Of a DNA stretch of 34,577 nt, positions 23,001 to 31,305 are shown piece after piece; within the stretch, counting starts at the first letter, position 1, and every line of letters starts with the position of its first letter. The notes below the pieces were generated by a model. That model searched no databases. It worked only from the letters and a program-made list of their open reading frames with translations, and was not told where the DNA came from. The position numbers and the translations under genes are program-made. Location of the stretch: contig QHVD01000026.1 in NCBI GenBank assembly GCA_003222235.1, positions 1 through 34,577 of the forward strand, in the 5' to 3' direction. This DNA comes from Gemmatimonadota bacterium (GTDB taxonomy: Bacteria > Gemmatimonadota > Gemmatimonadetes > Gemmatimonadales > GWC2-71-9).

Positions 23001-24425
23001 CACCCCGTCATAGTGAACGTAGGCGCCGCGCCGGCCGCGCCGCGTGGTGAAGCCCTCGGCGAGCATCTGCACGACGTCGTCGAAGTCCTTGCGCGAGAGG
23101 TCGCGGTAGGGATAGGCGCCGCGCACGAGCTCGTACAGCGCCCCTTCGTCCCACTCTTCGCATGCCACCGCCGCCACGAGCTGCTGAGCCAGGATGTCGA
23201 GCGGGCGCCCCGGGATGATCAGCCGGTCGAGCCGGCGCTCGCGCGCGGCGCGGACCAGCGCCGCGCACTCGATCAGCTCGTCACGCGACAGCGGAAAGAT
23301 CCGCCCCTTGGGTACCGCTCCGAGGTGATGTCCCGACCGGCCCACCCGCTGCAGCAGCGTGGCGATCGAGCGCGTCGAGCCGATCTGGCAGACCAGGTCC
23401 ACCGCGCCGATGTCGATCCCGAGCTCGAGCGACGCCGTGGCGACGAGCGCCTTGAGCTTTCCCTCCTTGAGCCGCTGCTCCGCCTCGAGGCGCTTATCAC
23501 GAGACAGGCTGCCGTGATGCGACGTGACGTGCTCGGCGCCGACGCGCTCGGAAAGGTGCATCGTCATGCGCTCGGCGAGCCGGCGGGTGTTCACGAACAC
23601 GAGTGTGGTGCGGTGTTCGCCGATGAGCTGGGCCAATCGGTCGTACAGCTCCTCCCACACTTCCGCCGCCATCACCGCCTCGAGCGGCGAAGAGGGGATC
23701 TCGATCGCGAGGTCGAGCTGCCGGGCGTGGCCCGAGTCGATAATGCAGGTGTCGGGTGTCGGGTGTCGGATGCCCGCCAGGAAAGCGGCGATCTCCTCGA
23801 TCGGCTTCTGGGTCGCGGACAGACCGATGCGCTGGAGCGAGCGGCCCGCCAGATGCTCCAGCCGCTCGAGAGAGAGCGCGAGGTGGCTGCCGCGCTTGTC
23901 CCGCGCCACGGCGTGGATCTCGTCCACGATCACCGTGCGCACCGTGCGGAGCATCGCACGCGCGTTTTGGGACGTGAGGATGAGATACAGCGACTCGGGA
24001 GTCGTGACGAGGATGTGCGGCGGACGCTTCGCCATCGCCTGGCGGTCGGGCTGCGGCGTATCGCCCGTGCGAACGAGCGTGCGGATCTCCACGTCAGGCA
24101 GGCACAACTGCTCCAGCGTGCCGCGGATCTCGGCGAGCGGCTCGGCGAGGTTCTTCTGAACGTCGTTCGAGAGCGCCTTGAGGGGAGAGACGTACACCAC
24201 CTGGGTCTCGTCCCCCAAGGTGCCGTCCAGCCCCTGACGAAGCAGGGAATCGATCGCGGCGAGGAACGCCGCGAACGTCTTCCCCGAGCCCGTGGGGGCC
24301 GCGATCAGCGCGTGCCGGCCGGCCTGAATGATCGGCCAGGCGCCACGCTGCGGCTCGGTCGGATCGCGGAACCGCGACTCGAACCAGCGCGCGACGACGG
24401 GATGGAAGCCGGAGAGCGTCATCAC
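20031..24425 (-). CDS. lhr: Large ATP-dependent helicase Lhr (SF2 DEAH, Lhr core plus long C-terminal region)
   Basis: Motifs [35 protein letters not shown] and LELGIDIG...RVGRSGH. The protein is 1464 aa. It carries the in-frame inserts [11 protein letters not shown] and G10, and an RPRPRPRP tail. Confidence 0.9.
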   Translation of the reverse strand: MMTLSGFHPVVARWFESRFRDPTEPQRGAWPIIQAGRHALIAAPTGSGKTFAAFLAAIDSLLRQGLDGTLGDETQVVYVSPLKALSNDVQKNLAEPLAEIRGTLEQLCLPDVEIRTLVRTGDTPQPDRQAMAKRPPHILVTTPESLYLILTSQNARAMLRTVRTVIVDEIHAVARDKRGSHLALSLERLEHLAGRSLQRIGLSATQKPIEEIAAFLAGIRHPTPDTCIIDSGHARQLDLAIEIPSSPLEAVMAAEVWEELYDRLAQLIGEHRTTLVFVNTRRLAERMTMHLSERVGAEHVTSHHGSLSRDKRLEAEQRLKEGKLKALVATASLELGIDIGAVDLVCQIGSTRSIATLLQRVGRSGHHLGAVPKGRIFPLSRDELIECAALVRAARERRLDRLIIPGRPLDILAQQLVAAVACEEWDEGALYELVRGAYPYRDLSRKDFDDVVQMLAEGFTTRRGRRGAYVHYDGVNGRLRARRGARLAAITSGGAIPDIGDYRVVLEPTDTFVGTLNEDFAIESMPGDVFQLGNTSYLIRKIESGQVRVVDAQGQPPSIPFWVGEAPARTAELSEAVSRLRQDISDRLADPQSAVAWVGREIPGLPEPAARQMVEYLAASKQILGVIPTQQTIVVERFFDEAGGMQLVLHAPFGSRVNRAWGLALRKRFCRSFNFELQAAATEDAIVLSLGPQHSFPLEDVFQYLKPATVEGLLVQAMLDAPMFQSRWRWNATRALAVLRQRGGKKVPTPLQRMEAEDLVAAIFPDQLACPENLVGDREIPDHPLVKQTIEDCLLEAMDFPGLKRVLEEMEAGRFALVARDTAEPSPLSHEALNAKPYAFLDDAPLEERRTQAVITRRGLDVKTADELGKLDQAAIDRVKDEAWPDVSSADELHDALLVTGALPSAECGVRNAEWQGYFGQLVQAGRAGVLQAGAGLWLAAERLPMLAAVFPGARCEPALTPPERERARSWTREDALRELVRGRLEVVGPTTAAAVATALGVPVADVDFALGALEHEGFVLRGRFTPGTSELEWCERRLLARIHRYTLDRLRKEIEPVTAADFTRFLFQWQRVADESRAEGPEGLAAVLDLLDGCEVAAGAWETDVLPARLREYDPLWLDGLCLSGEIAWGRLAAVAPRTILNGGGGGGGGGGRKAGPVRSTPVALFRRERGDVWRSLAVSPESGELPLSHAARALLDALDRRGASFFGDLVSATGLLRTEVEKGLGELVAWGLVTSDSFAGLRALLVPSDRRRPIGGFRRHGKVAPFGVETAGRWSRVPRSTLLPEDQVAEAVARQLLRRYGVVFRRLVTRESPLPPWRDVLRAYRRLEARGEIRGGRFVAGFSGEQYALAEAVGLLRSVRRQDPSGELVAVSGADPLNLVGILTAGNPLPAVATNHVLYRDGIPIAIQEGEGRGVQLLVEASPEAEQQIRTALVQRRVAPLVRTYLGKTRPRPRPRPASLRE
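20053..20074. repeat. (CGGGGG)x3+ hexamer array encoding the RPRPRPRP tail of Lhr
   Basis: The sequence reads ccgggggcgggggcgggggcggg. Confidence 0.85.
20968..20996. repeat. (C8-N)x3 nonamer array encoding a Gly10 run in Lhr
   Basis: The sequence reads ccccccccaccccccccgccccccccacc. The homopolymer runs of 8 are also error-prone in sequencing. Confidence 0.85.
21683..21713. repeat. 31-mer heptamer element (inverted orientation) in frame inside lhr
   Basis: actccgcattccgcactccgcattccgcact is identical to 14000-14030 and matches the reverse complement of 14831-14861 at 30 of 31 positions. Confidence 0.9.
23748..23769. repeat. (GGTGTCG)x3 heptamer array in frame inside lhr
   Basis: ggtgtcgggtgtcgggtgtcgg encodes HPTPDT on the minus strand. 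Confidence 0.85.
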
Positions 24426-24508
24426 ACCATTCTATGGCGAAAATTTACCGAAGGGGAGGGGCATGAACGCGGCGAACAGCCAGCAAACAGCATTAAACAG
24501 TATAATAG

Positions 24509-24537
24509 TTGACTAAACATCACACACGATCTACCTT
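24509..24537 (+). promoter_or_regulatory. Putative promoter (TTGACT-17-TACCTT) in an A/T-rich divergent intergenic region
   Basis: The 24426-24569 region is visibly more A/T-rich than the rest of the window and also contains TATAAT (24501-24506). A GGGGGAG RBS lies 10 nt before ATG 24570. Confidence 0.3.
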
Positions 24538-24569
24538 GCTTGCTCCTGCACAGGGGGAGCTCTTGAGCC

Positions 24570-25391
24570 ATGACGGCGCGCCCCGAGGTCGCGGCCCCGA
24601 AGCAGTCAATAACCACCTATCAGGACTTTCTCTCCGCGCTGCTCTCCGACCGAGAGCGCTTCTTTGACGAGGTGGTCGCAGGCACCGCGCTTCGCGCCAA
24701 GCTCCGATACGCCGCCGTAACGATCGTCGGACTGGCCGGGTTCTTCGGGTTGGTTGCCGGCGCCTATTCCGGACCGGCGCAGGCCCTGTCGGCCGCCATC
24801 AAGCTGCCATTCCTATTCTTCGCGACGTTCGCGGTCTGCTTCCCGGCGTTCTTTGTCGTGCAGGTTCTCGTCGGCTCCCGCCTGCGCTTGCTGCAGGTGG
24901 TCGTGCTGGTATTCGGAGCGCTGGCGCTGACGTCCGTTCTGCTCGCTGCGTTCGTGCCGATCACGCTCTTCTTCCTCATTACCGGCGCCAATTACTATTT
25001 CCAGCACCTCTTGAACATCACGATCGCGGGCGTCTCCGGACTGTTCGGCATGTACGCCCTGCACGAGGGGCTCAGCGTCGTCTGCGAACAACGCGGGGTT
25101 TACCCGAGGAAGGCGCTGACCATCATGCGGGCGTGGGCGGTACTGTTCGGATTCGTGGGAATCCAGCTGGCGTGGAGCCTTCGCCCCTTCCTCGGCGATC
25201 GCAACCAGCCGTTCCGTGTGTTCGGAAACTACCAGGGAAACTTCTACGCGGCGATCATTTACGCCGCAAAGCAGCTGGAAAAGCCTCCCGCGCCGGCCGG
25301 CAGACAAGATACGGTGCCTCGGTTTCGCGGCCTGCCGCTTGCCCCGGGCGACACCGCTCGAGACACGACCAACCGGCGTAACCGCCCATGA
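24570..25391 (+). CDS. Integral membrane protein of unknown function (about 6 TM segments)
   Basis: Hydrophobic segments include VTIVGLAGFFGLVAGAY, LPFLFFATFAVCFPAFFVVQVL, VVVLVFGALALTSVLLAAFVPITLFFLI, ITIAGVSGLFGMYAL and AWAVLFGFVGIQLAW. I recognise no family. Confidence 0.6.
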   Translation: MTARPEVAAPKQSITTYQDFLSALLSDRERFFDEVVAGTALRAKLRYAAVTIVGLAGFFGLVAGAYSGPAQALSAAIKLPFLFFATFAVCFPAFFVVQVLVGSRLRLLQVVVLVFGALALTSVLLAAFVPITLFFLITGANYYFQHLLNITIAGVSGLFGMYALHEGLSVVCEQRGVYPRKALTIMRAWAVLFGFVGIQLAWSLRPFLGDRNQPFRVFGNYQGNFYAAIIYAAKQLEKPPAPAGRQDTVPRFRGLPLAPGDTARDTTNRRNRP

Positions 25392-25618
25392 CACGTGACG
25401 GTCACGGCTTCGAGAATGAGATCCTCACCATCGAAGAGGTCGCCGCGTACTTACGCCTCACGCCGCAGACCATCTACCGGTGGGCGCAGGAAAAGCGCAT
25501 TCCAGCGGTCAAATTGGGCAAGGAGTGGCGCTTTCGGAGGAGCATCATCGACCAATGGCTCGATGCGCAGATCCTCGCCGATGACTCGGGCTTCGGCCAC
25601 CTCAAGAGGCAGCGTTGA
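25388..25618 (+). CDS. Excisionase-family (MerR-like) helix-turn-helix DNA-binding protein
   Basis: LTIEEVAAYLRLTPQTIYRWAQEKRIPAVKLGKEWRFRRSIIDQWL is the TIGR01764-type pattern. It shares an ATGA overlap with the membrane-protein stop. Confidence 0.75.
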   Translation: MTRDGHGFENEILTIEEVAAYLRLTPQTIYRWAQEKRIPAVKLGKEWRFRRSIIDQWLDAQILADDSGFGHLKRQR

Positions 25619-26816
25619 GCGCGGCTTCCAGCGACACTCCTCGCGCCGCGGCGATACGCTCGAGCGTTTCCCCGATCTTGTTGTTTGGGGTCGAAGCACC
25701 TGCGGTGATGCCGATCGCCAGGGGCCCGAGCGGAAGCCAGCCGGCGCGCCGCTCCTCTGCCGTCCCGCCCACCGGGCGGAAACGGATCGTGGCGGTCTCT
25801 GGATCGATGCAGGTCGCGTCCTCGATGTGATAGGTCGGCACCTTGCCGTCGCAGATCGCCGCCAGATGGGTCGTGTTGCTCGAGTTGTACCCGCCGATCA
25901 CGACCATGAGGTCGAGCCGCTCGGCGATCAGCTTGAGCACCGCGTCCTGCCGGTCCTGCGTCGCCGAGCAAATCGTGTCGAAGCTGCGGAAGTGGTCGGC
26001 CAACGCCGTTTCCCCATAGCGTCGCACCACGCTGCTCCGCAGCTCGGCCGCGATGGCGAGCGACTCGTTCGAGAGCATGGTCGTCTGGTTCGCCACGCCG
26101 ACGCGCTCGAGGTCGTGGTCGGGGTCGAAGCCCGGTGACATTCTCTCCGAAAAGCGGTCCAGGAACTGCTCCTTGCTCCCCGCCTCCTCGATGTACCCGC
26201 ACACCGCGCGCGCCTCGACCATGTCCCGCACCACGAGGTACCGCCCGGCGGGGTACCTCGTCACCTGGCTCGCGGTGGCCTTGGTCTCCTCGTGATGGTA
26301 CTTACCGTGGATGACCGCGGTGAAACCGTCCCTCGCGTAGGACTCCACCCGCTTCCAAACGTTGAGCACCGAGCCGCACGTCGTGTCCACCAGGACCGAG
26401 CCCAGGGCTCGGAGCCGCTCGAGGTCTTTCACGGTCACGCCGAACGCCGGCAGGATCACGACATCCTTCGGCGTCAGCGCCTCGAAGTCGAACTCCCCGC
26501 CCTCGGGGCGGCGCAGAAACTCCACCCCCATGCTGCGCAGCTTGCTGTTGACGTGCGGGTTGTGGATGATCTCGCCGACCAGGAAGAGCCGTCGGTCCGG
26601 GAATTGGGCGCGGGTCTCGTAGGCGTACTCGACGGCGCGGTCCACGCCGTAGCAGAATCCGAACTCACGGGCGAGTTTGAACGTCAGGTCACCCACCGTG
26701 AGCGCGTAGCCGTGCTCGCGCATCAGGTCCACCAAGCGGCTGTGGTAGTCCGCGGTCAGGGCGCCCGTGATGCGACCTTTCAGGCCGAATCCGCGCCGGA
26801 AATACGTTTGCTCCAC
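25602..26816 (-). CDS. ispH: 4-hydroxy-3-methylbut-2-enyl diphosphate reductase (long-form IspH/LytB)
   Basis: Blocks FGFCYGVDRAV, GEIIHNPHV, TCGSVLNVW, VANQTT and SSNT. The start is GTG. Its 3' end overlaps the convergent HTH gene by 17 nt. Confidence 0.9.
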   Translation of the reverse strand: MEQTYFRRGFGLKGRITGALTADYHSRLVDLMREHGYALTVGDLTFKLAREFGFCYGVDRAVEYAYETRAQFPDRRLFLVGEIIHNPHVNSKLRSMGVEFLRRPEGGEFDFEALTPKDVVILPAFGVTVKDLERLRALGSVLVDTTCGSVLNVWKRVESYARDGFTAVIHGKYHHEETKATASQVTRYPAGRYLVVRDMVEARAVCGYIEEAGSKEQFLDRFSERMSPGFDPDHDLERVGVANQTTMLSNESLAIAAELRSSVVRRYGETALADHFRSFDTICSATQDRQDAVLKLIAERLDLMVVIGGYNSSNTTHLAAICDGKVPTYHIEDATCIDPETATIRFRPVGGTAEERRAGWLPLGPLAIGITAGASTPNNKIGETLERIAAARGVSLEAALNAAS

Positions 26817-26867
26817 GGAGGTGAATGTAACCGCACGGTGACCGCCACGCGTTGCGATGAAGCATGC

Positions 26868-27542
26868 TCAGGGCATCGCCTCGCACGAGACGGAATCCGA
26901 GCCAAGCGCGATCGCCTCGAACGACGCGACGAGCGACGACCGCCCGGTGGTCCCGACCTCGACCCCGGTGCCGTGCGCCGTGATCCTCAGCCGGCCGGCC
27001 CTGCGGCCGACCGAGACCGTACCGCTGTCCACCCAGAGGCCGTGCGCGACGTCGCCCAGCATGAAGCGCACGGCCACCACGGCCCCGCGCGCGGCTATGG
27101 TGTCGCCCCGCTCGAGCAAGGAGAAATCCCCCGCTGCCAGTGAATCGCCCGAGCGCAACCAGACGAGCACGCCGTTGCCGCCCTGGGTTCCTCGGATCAG
27201 CACTCCTCTCCCGACCCCGCCCCCCCCCGCCGCACGACGGCATCGGCCTGCGCTGGCGGGCGCATCGAAGCGGACCGTGTCTCGGGGCGGGTGGGTGACC
27301 TGCGCGCGCAGCCGCGCGGCGGGCTGCAGCGAGTTGCCGCAAGCAGTGCCCGCGACGGCGAGCGCGCACAGCGCGAGGCCGCGACCGCTCAGGGGGAGGG
27401 GGAGGGGGAGGGGGAATCCGCGCCGAGCAACGCGCGCGCCGCTGCTGGCGGCAGGGTGTGGGGAGCGAGCGCGTCGATCAGGTCGGCGGGCAGGGGTCGA
27501 GACTTGAGGTGCTTGCGATCCACGCACACGAGCACCATCCAC
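26868..27542 (-). CDS. Secreted protein or possible lipoprotein of unknown function; start uncertain
   Basis: The signal-like segment is SGRGLALCALAVAGTACGNS. The only ATG/GTG starts (27542, 27527) give a ~45-aa pre-signal extension that overlaps the thioesterase gene. CTG at 27392 would give MSGRGLAL... and a CTGA overlap with the thioesterase stop. Confidence 0.5.
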   Translation of the reverse strand: MDGARVRGSQAPQVSTPARRPDRRARSPHPAASSGARVARRGFPLPLPLPLSGRGLALCALAVAGTACGNSLQPAARLRAQVTHPPRDTVRFDAPASAGRCRRAAGGGGVGRGVLIRGTQGGNGVLVWLRSGDSLAAGDFSLLERGDTIAARGAVVAVRFMLGDVAHGLWVDSGTVSVGRRAGRLRITAHGTGVEVGTTGRSSLVASFEAIALGSDSVSCEAMP

Positions 27543-27868
27543 CCCGCGGCCACGAGCCCGGACCCGGGCGCCCGCAGCACGTCGAAGTTCAGGGTCATCG
27601 ACTTCGTGCCGACCCGGCCAACGTATGCGGCGACCGTCAACCGGTCGTCCAGCCGCGCGGGCGCGTAGAACTCGCTATGGACCGCTTTCCGGGGCAGGAA
27701 GATGTCGTAGCGATCGAAGACCCGCGTGTAGGCGAGGCCGCACGAGCGGAACAGCTCGGTCTCGGCGATCTCGAAGAACCGCACGTACGACCCGTAAAAA
27801 ATGATGCCCGCGAAGTCTACGTCGGACCACCGGACGTACTCTTCGATGATATACGGCGTGGCGGGCAT
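27389..27868 (-). CDS. Acyl-CoA thioesterase, 4HBT (YbgC-like) hotdog fold
   Basis: The protein reads MPATPYIIEEYVRWSDVDFAGIIFYGSYVRFFEIAETELFRSCG...KSMTLNFDV. The tail SPSPSPSP* is encoded by the (GGGGGA)x4 array. Confidence 0.8.
   Translation of the reverse strand: MPATPYIIEEYVRWSDVDFAGIIFYGSYVRFFEIAETELFRSCGLAYTRVFDRYDIFLPRKAVHSEFYAPARLDDRLTVAAYVGRVGTKSMTLNFDVLRAPGSGLVAAGWMVLVCVDRKHLKSRPLPADLIDALAPHTLPPAAARALLGADSPSPSPSP
27392..27415. repeat. (GGGGGA)x4 hexamer array
   Basis: The sequence reads gggggagggggagggggaggggga. On the minus strand it is read as SPSPSPSP (thioesterase frame) and PLPLPLPL (downstream ORF frame). Confidence 0.9.
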
Positions 27869-27944
27869 CGCGTCCCGACCGGTGGAGCCCGAGCGGGAAG
27901 CTAGGGTAGGTAAAACGCCGACGCCAGGATCGGCGGGTCGGCGG

Positions 27945-28438
27945 TCAGGCGCGCGCGGCGGAGCTAGCGCCTCCGTGCCCGTTGTGGCGCAGGCCGTAGG
28001 CGCGCAACCGGCGCCACAGCGTCGTGCGACTGATGCCGAGGCGCCGCGCGGTCTCGGCGAGCGCCGCGCCGTCTCGGCGAGCCTCCCGCCGGTAACCTCA
28101 AGAGTGTCGACGATCGCCTGCCGCTCTCGCTCGGCCAACGTCTTCGCGTGGTCCCCGTCTGCCAGGAAGATGGCCTCACCCAGGTCGGTGGGGCCGTGCT
28201 TCAGCGCGCGGACCCGGCCGCCGAGCGCCACCAGGCGCTCCCGGAGCGCCGGGCCGCGCACGAAGGCAGGGTCGCCGAGACTGTCGATCAGCCTGCGGGC
28301 GCGGTGGTTCGCGTACAGCATCCGGCCATGGGTGTCGAACACTACGACTCCTTCGCTGAACGACTCCATCACGGCTTGGCCGATGGGGGCGAAGGTGGGC
28401 GGTGACGGGAGCATTGGGCCCTTCTCTCGCGTTGCCAT
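27945..28438 (-). pseudogene. Small PAS-like + Fis-type HTH (HTH_8) regulator, disrupted by a 20-bp tandem duplication
   Basis: The N-terminus reads MATREKG...AVMESFSEGVVVFDTHGRMLYANHRARRLI...ERERQAIVDTLEVTGGRLAETARR and then goes out of frame. Removing one 20-nt unit restores ...AETARRLGISRTTLWRRLRAYGLRHNGHGGASSAARA* with its stop at 27945-27947. As sequenced, the frame runs into the thioesterase ORF and forms the 366-aa track ORF. Confidence 0.7.
28041..28080. repeat. Tandem 20-bp duplication (19/20 identical)
   Basis: The units are gcgccgcgcggtctcggcga and gcgccgcgccgtctcggcga. Confidence 0.95.
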
Positions 28439-28642
28439 ACGTGATTGGATACTCGGAATGGGGGTCAGAGTTTCAGGCAGCGCCGCCATAAGGAGGACCC
28501 TCAGAGTGGTGCGACGTCACAACTCGGGTGCGCCCTGAACGACCACTCTCCCCCTCCCTAAGTTAAGCCCGGCTCGCGTAGTGTGAGCGCCACAGGGGTG
28601 CGCGCCAGGGCGAGCGCCGTCTCCCAGGGCGCCGCGTCAGGG

Positions 28643-31231
28643 CTAGCGCCCCCGATGCCTGCCCCCCCGCCCCAGCCGTGCCCCATGCGCGACCTGCTTC
28701 CCCCGCTCCCGCCGCTCCCCGTCCGCGCGCCCGCCCTCGCCGAGTTGGCGCCGCAGGTCATCGAGGGTATCCGAGCGCAGCGCCTCCCGTTTCCCACGCA
28801 CCACGGTGAACCGGACCGGCCGGTCGAAGGCGGGGAGGTCCCGCACCTGGAGTCGCCGCGCTTGGCCCTCCTTGAGTCGCAGCCGCACGACGCCGACGCC
28901 GTTCTCCACCTCGTACTCCAAGGGGACCCGATCGCCGTACAGGTGGGCCGACGACGGCAGCGCCTCGAGTGCCTGCCGCGTGGCGACGGGGATGGTCTCG
29001 TCCACGTCGAGTGTAATCCGCGTTTCGATGAAGTTCTGCCAGGACGCCACGCTGTCGAGCTGCCGCCCGAGCCGCGCGGCAATCTGCTCGGTCGCGGCCT
29101 CTGCCAGCCGGCCGCCGGAGCGGCGCCAGTAAAACCCGAACCGCTCGAGCGCCCGCCGCACCCGCGTCTGATCGGGGTGAGGCGTGTGGCCCGCGAGCAG
29201 GGAATCGACCAGCGCCGCCCGAGCTGAGCCCGCGAGCTCCTGCGGGAACGGGTTCGGCAGGGGCTCCGCGTCCCGCTCGAGGAGGAACCCCGAGTATTCC
29301 ACGGTCCGGACCACGATGAGCCCTTCCCGCCGTCGCTGCCGTTCGAATGCGACCGTGGGTGCTCCGCGCCGACTGTAGCGGCGGATGGCGCGCGCTGGGA
29401 CGTGGGTGCCTTCGATGCTCGCGCGGGGCACGCCGAACCGATCGGCGAAGTAGCGCAGCGTCCCCGCGACCGCTCCCCGGGTGCCGCACATGGAGCCCCG
29501 GCTCACCCGGACTTCGCGGCCGTCGGCGGTCTCTTCATCGATCACCAAGTCGAACGGCATCACGCGCGCGACGAGGTCGGCGAACGCGGAGACGGTCTTC
29601 TCCCCCGCGTAGGGCAGCTGCTCGGGCAGGCTGAGCTCGAGCTGCCGGTACACGGACGCGGTTCCGAGCGCCACGTCCTCGATCGCCTTCACGAGCACGC
29701 CACGCCCTTCCGCCCAGGAGTCAACCGACTCGTGGAACAGATGGCGCGCCAGGCCGTAGACCTCCCCCAGGTAGCCGTGCTTGTTGACCGCCTCGGCGTA
29801 GACGTTGTAGGCCGTCAGATGATCGCTCCCCGCCACGGCGAGGCCTCGCAGGTTCCGCTCCTCACGGGTCATACGATGCAGGGACTCGATGTTCGCGGCC
29901 ACCGCCACGACCGGGATCAACTCGGCATCCGCGTGATACAGCAACTCGCCCCACGGCCGCTCGACCGGCATCGCCTCGACCTCGCGCCCGTAGCGCGTCA
30001 GCCGTCCGTTTTCGACGAGCCCCCGCTCGGTCAGGACGTCCACGGCATCCCGGTAGGCCCGCCGGTCCAGCGGCACGGGGAGATCGAGATCCCGCGCATC
30101 GACGCCCAGCGCGGCGCACGTGATCGCCACGCGCTCCGCGTCCCCGGCGAGTTGGAACTCGGGTGCGGTGGGCTGGAGACGCTCGAAGGCGAGATCGCGG
30201 TCGCTCAGGATGTAGACCTCGCCGCGTTCCACGCGCCCGTGCACGCGACCCGCCATCTGGAGGATTTCGTTGGCGCCGAGGTACAGCCGCGTCAGCACGT
30301 TGCGGCCGCGCTCGACGACGTTCGCGTAGCGCGCGTCGTAGATCACGACGGTGTCGAGCCCGCGGATGTTGAGCGCGGATTGGCCGGCGGCGGTCATGGC
30401 CAGGAGAAAGGGGCGCCTCACCTGGCCGTCCAGAAAGGGGCGGATGACCCGGATCGGCTCCCCGCCGTGGTAGAACGCGGTCGCCAGAGCCTGCCACCGA
30501 TCGCCAAGCTCCTTCGCGATCTGCTCCACCTCCGCCCGCGTGGGGACGAACACCGCCACCCCGCGACGCTCGCGGATCACCCGTCGGACGAAGGGTTCGT
30601 TGAGAAACTCCAGCGCCTGCTCCGGCAGCACGCGCACATCGGCGGCCCTGGCCGGATCGAACGCGTGCGTCTCGAGCACCTCGATCGAGGCGAGGTAGCG
30701 CGCGTAGAACGTCGGGTCCACGGTCGCCGACAGCCAGATGAAGCGGCACCGTGCCCGCTTGCCGAGCGCGAGGCAGAGCTCGAGCTCCGCCGAGGTCTGA
30801 TGGATCTCGTCCACGACCAGGGTGTCCCGGTCGGTGATGAGCCCGTCCTCGAACCAGCGCCGCGCGATGCCGGTGGTAACGATGACGACGTTCCAGGTGG
30901 GCGTCTCGGGGGTCGCTTCGCGCTCGCGGTTCACGACGCCGACTTTGAGCGGCGCGCCCAGGATCGTCGCCGCGATCGGCCGGATGGCGAGGGTCTTCCC
31001 GGTCCCCGTCCCGGCCACGATCCCGAACCCGCGGCCCGACGCCGCGAGACGCCGGATGTCGGCGCCGTGCTCCCGCTCGAGCAGCGTCTCGATGTCCAGG
31101 GTCATGGCGAGCTCGATCGTCTCGCACGCCGCCCGGGTGGGGGCGATGACGATGACCCGTCCGGTCGCGGGCTCCGCCGCGAGGAACGCTTGAGGATCGG
31201 GGGGGAGAAAATGATCGCGGGAGATGCGCAC
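28643..31231 (-). CDS. DEAH/RHA-family (HrpA/HrpB-like) ATP-dependent helicase, divergent
   Basis: Motifs GIVAGTGTGKT, LVVDEIHQ, WLSATV, TAAGQSALNIRGLDTVVIYD and QMAGRVHGR. The C-terminal region VPLEYEVENGVGVVRLRL is reminiscent of the HrpA C-terminal domain. The GTG start at 31231 lies 74 nt after the pfkA stop. The 1250-aa track ORF upstream of it is an out-of-frame overlap of pfkA. Confidence 0.85.
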   Translation of the reverse strand: MRISRDHFLPPDPQAFLAAEPATGRVIVIAPTRAACETIELAMTLDIETLLEREHGADIRRLAASGRGFGIVAGTGTGKTLAIRPIAATILGAPLKVGVVNREREATPETPTWNVVIVTTGIARRWFEDGLITDRDTLVVDEIHQTSAELELCLALGKRARCRFIWLSATVDPTFYARYLASIEVLETHAFDPARAADVRVLPEQALEFLNEPFVRRVIRERRGVAVFVPTRAEVEQIAKELGDRWQALATAFYHGGEPIRVIRPFLDGQVRRPFLLAMTAAGQSALNIRGLDTVVIYDARYANVVERGRNVLTRLYLGANEILQMAGRVHGRVERGEVYILSDRDLAFERLQPTAPEFQLAGDAERVAITCAALGVDARDLDLPVPLDRRAYRDAVDVLTERGLVENGRLTRYGREVEAMPVERPWGELLYHADAELIPVVAVAANIESLHRMTREERNLRGLAVAGSDHLTAYNVYAEAVNKHGYLGEVYGLARHLFHESVDSWAEGRGVLVKAIEDVALGTASVYRQLELSLPEQLPYAGEKTVSAFADLVARVMPFDLVIDEETADGREVRVSRGSMCGTRGAVAGTLRYFADRFGVPRASIEGTHVPARAIRRYSRRGAPTVAFERQRRREGLIVVRTVEYSGFLLERDAEPLPNPFPQELAGSARAALVDSLLAGHTPHPDQTRVRRALERFGFYWRRSGGRLAEAATEQIAARLGRQLDSVASWQNFIETRITLDVDETIPVATRQALEALPSSAHLYGDRVPLEYEVENGVGVVRLRLKEGQARRLQVRDLPAFDRPVRFTVVRGKREALRSDTLDDLRRQLGEGGRADGERRERGKQVAHGARLGRGGRHRGR

Positions 31232-31305
31232 GGCTGAATACAAGGTAACCGGTGCGGCAAGCGCAAACGGCCGCGGCGGCCGCGCCGCGGCGGCCGGTGC
31301 GCCCG

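Noticed and set aside
24570-25618. Prophage or integrative-element boundary inferred from the excisionase-family HTH
   Set aside because: I could find no integrase, recombinase, tRNA target or flanking direct repeats in the window. The HTH fold alone is insufficient.
27389-28489. 366-aa ORF taken as a genuine regulator-thioesterase fusion protein
   Set aside because: The linking segment (RSPRPRGASASVARRCGAGCAPTACATT...) is the out-of-frame reading of a Fis-type HTH, created by the 20-bp duplication. The thioesterase has its own ATG at 27868.
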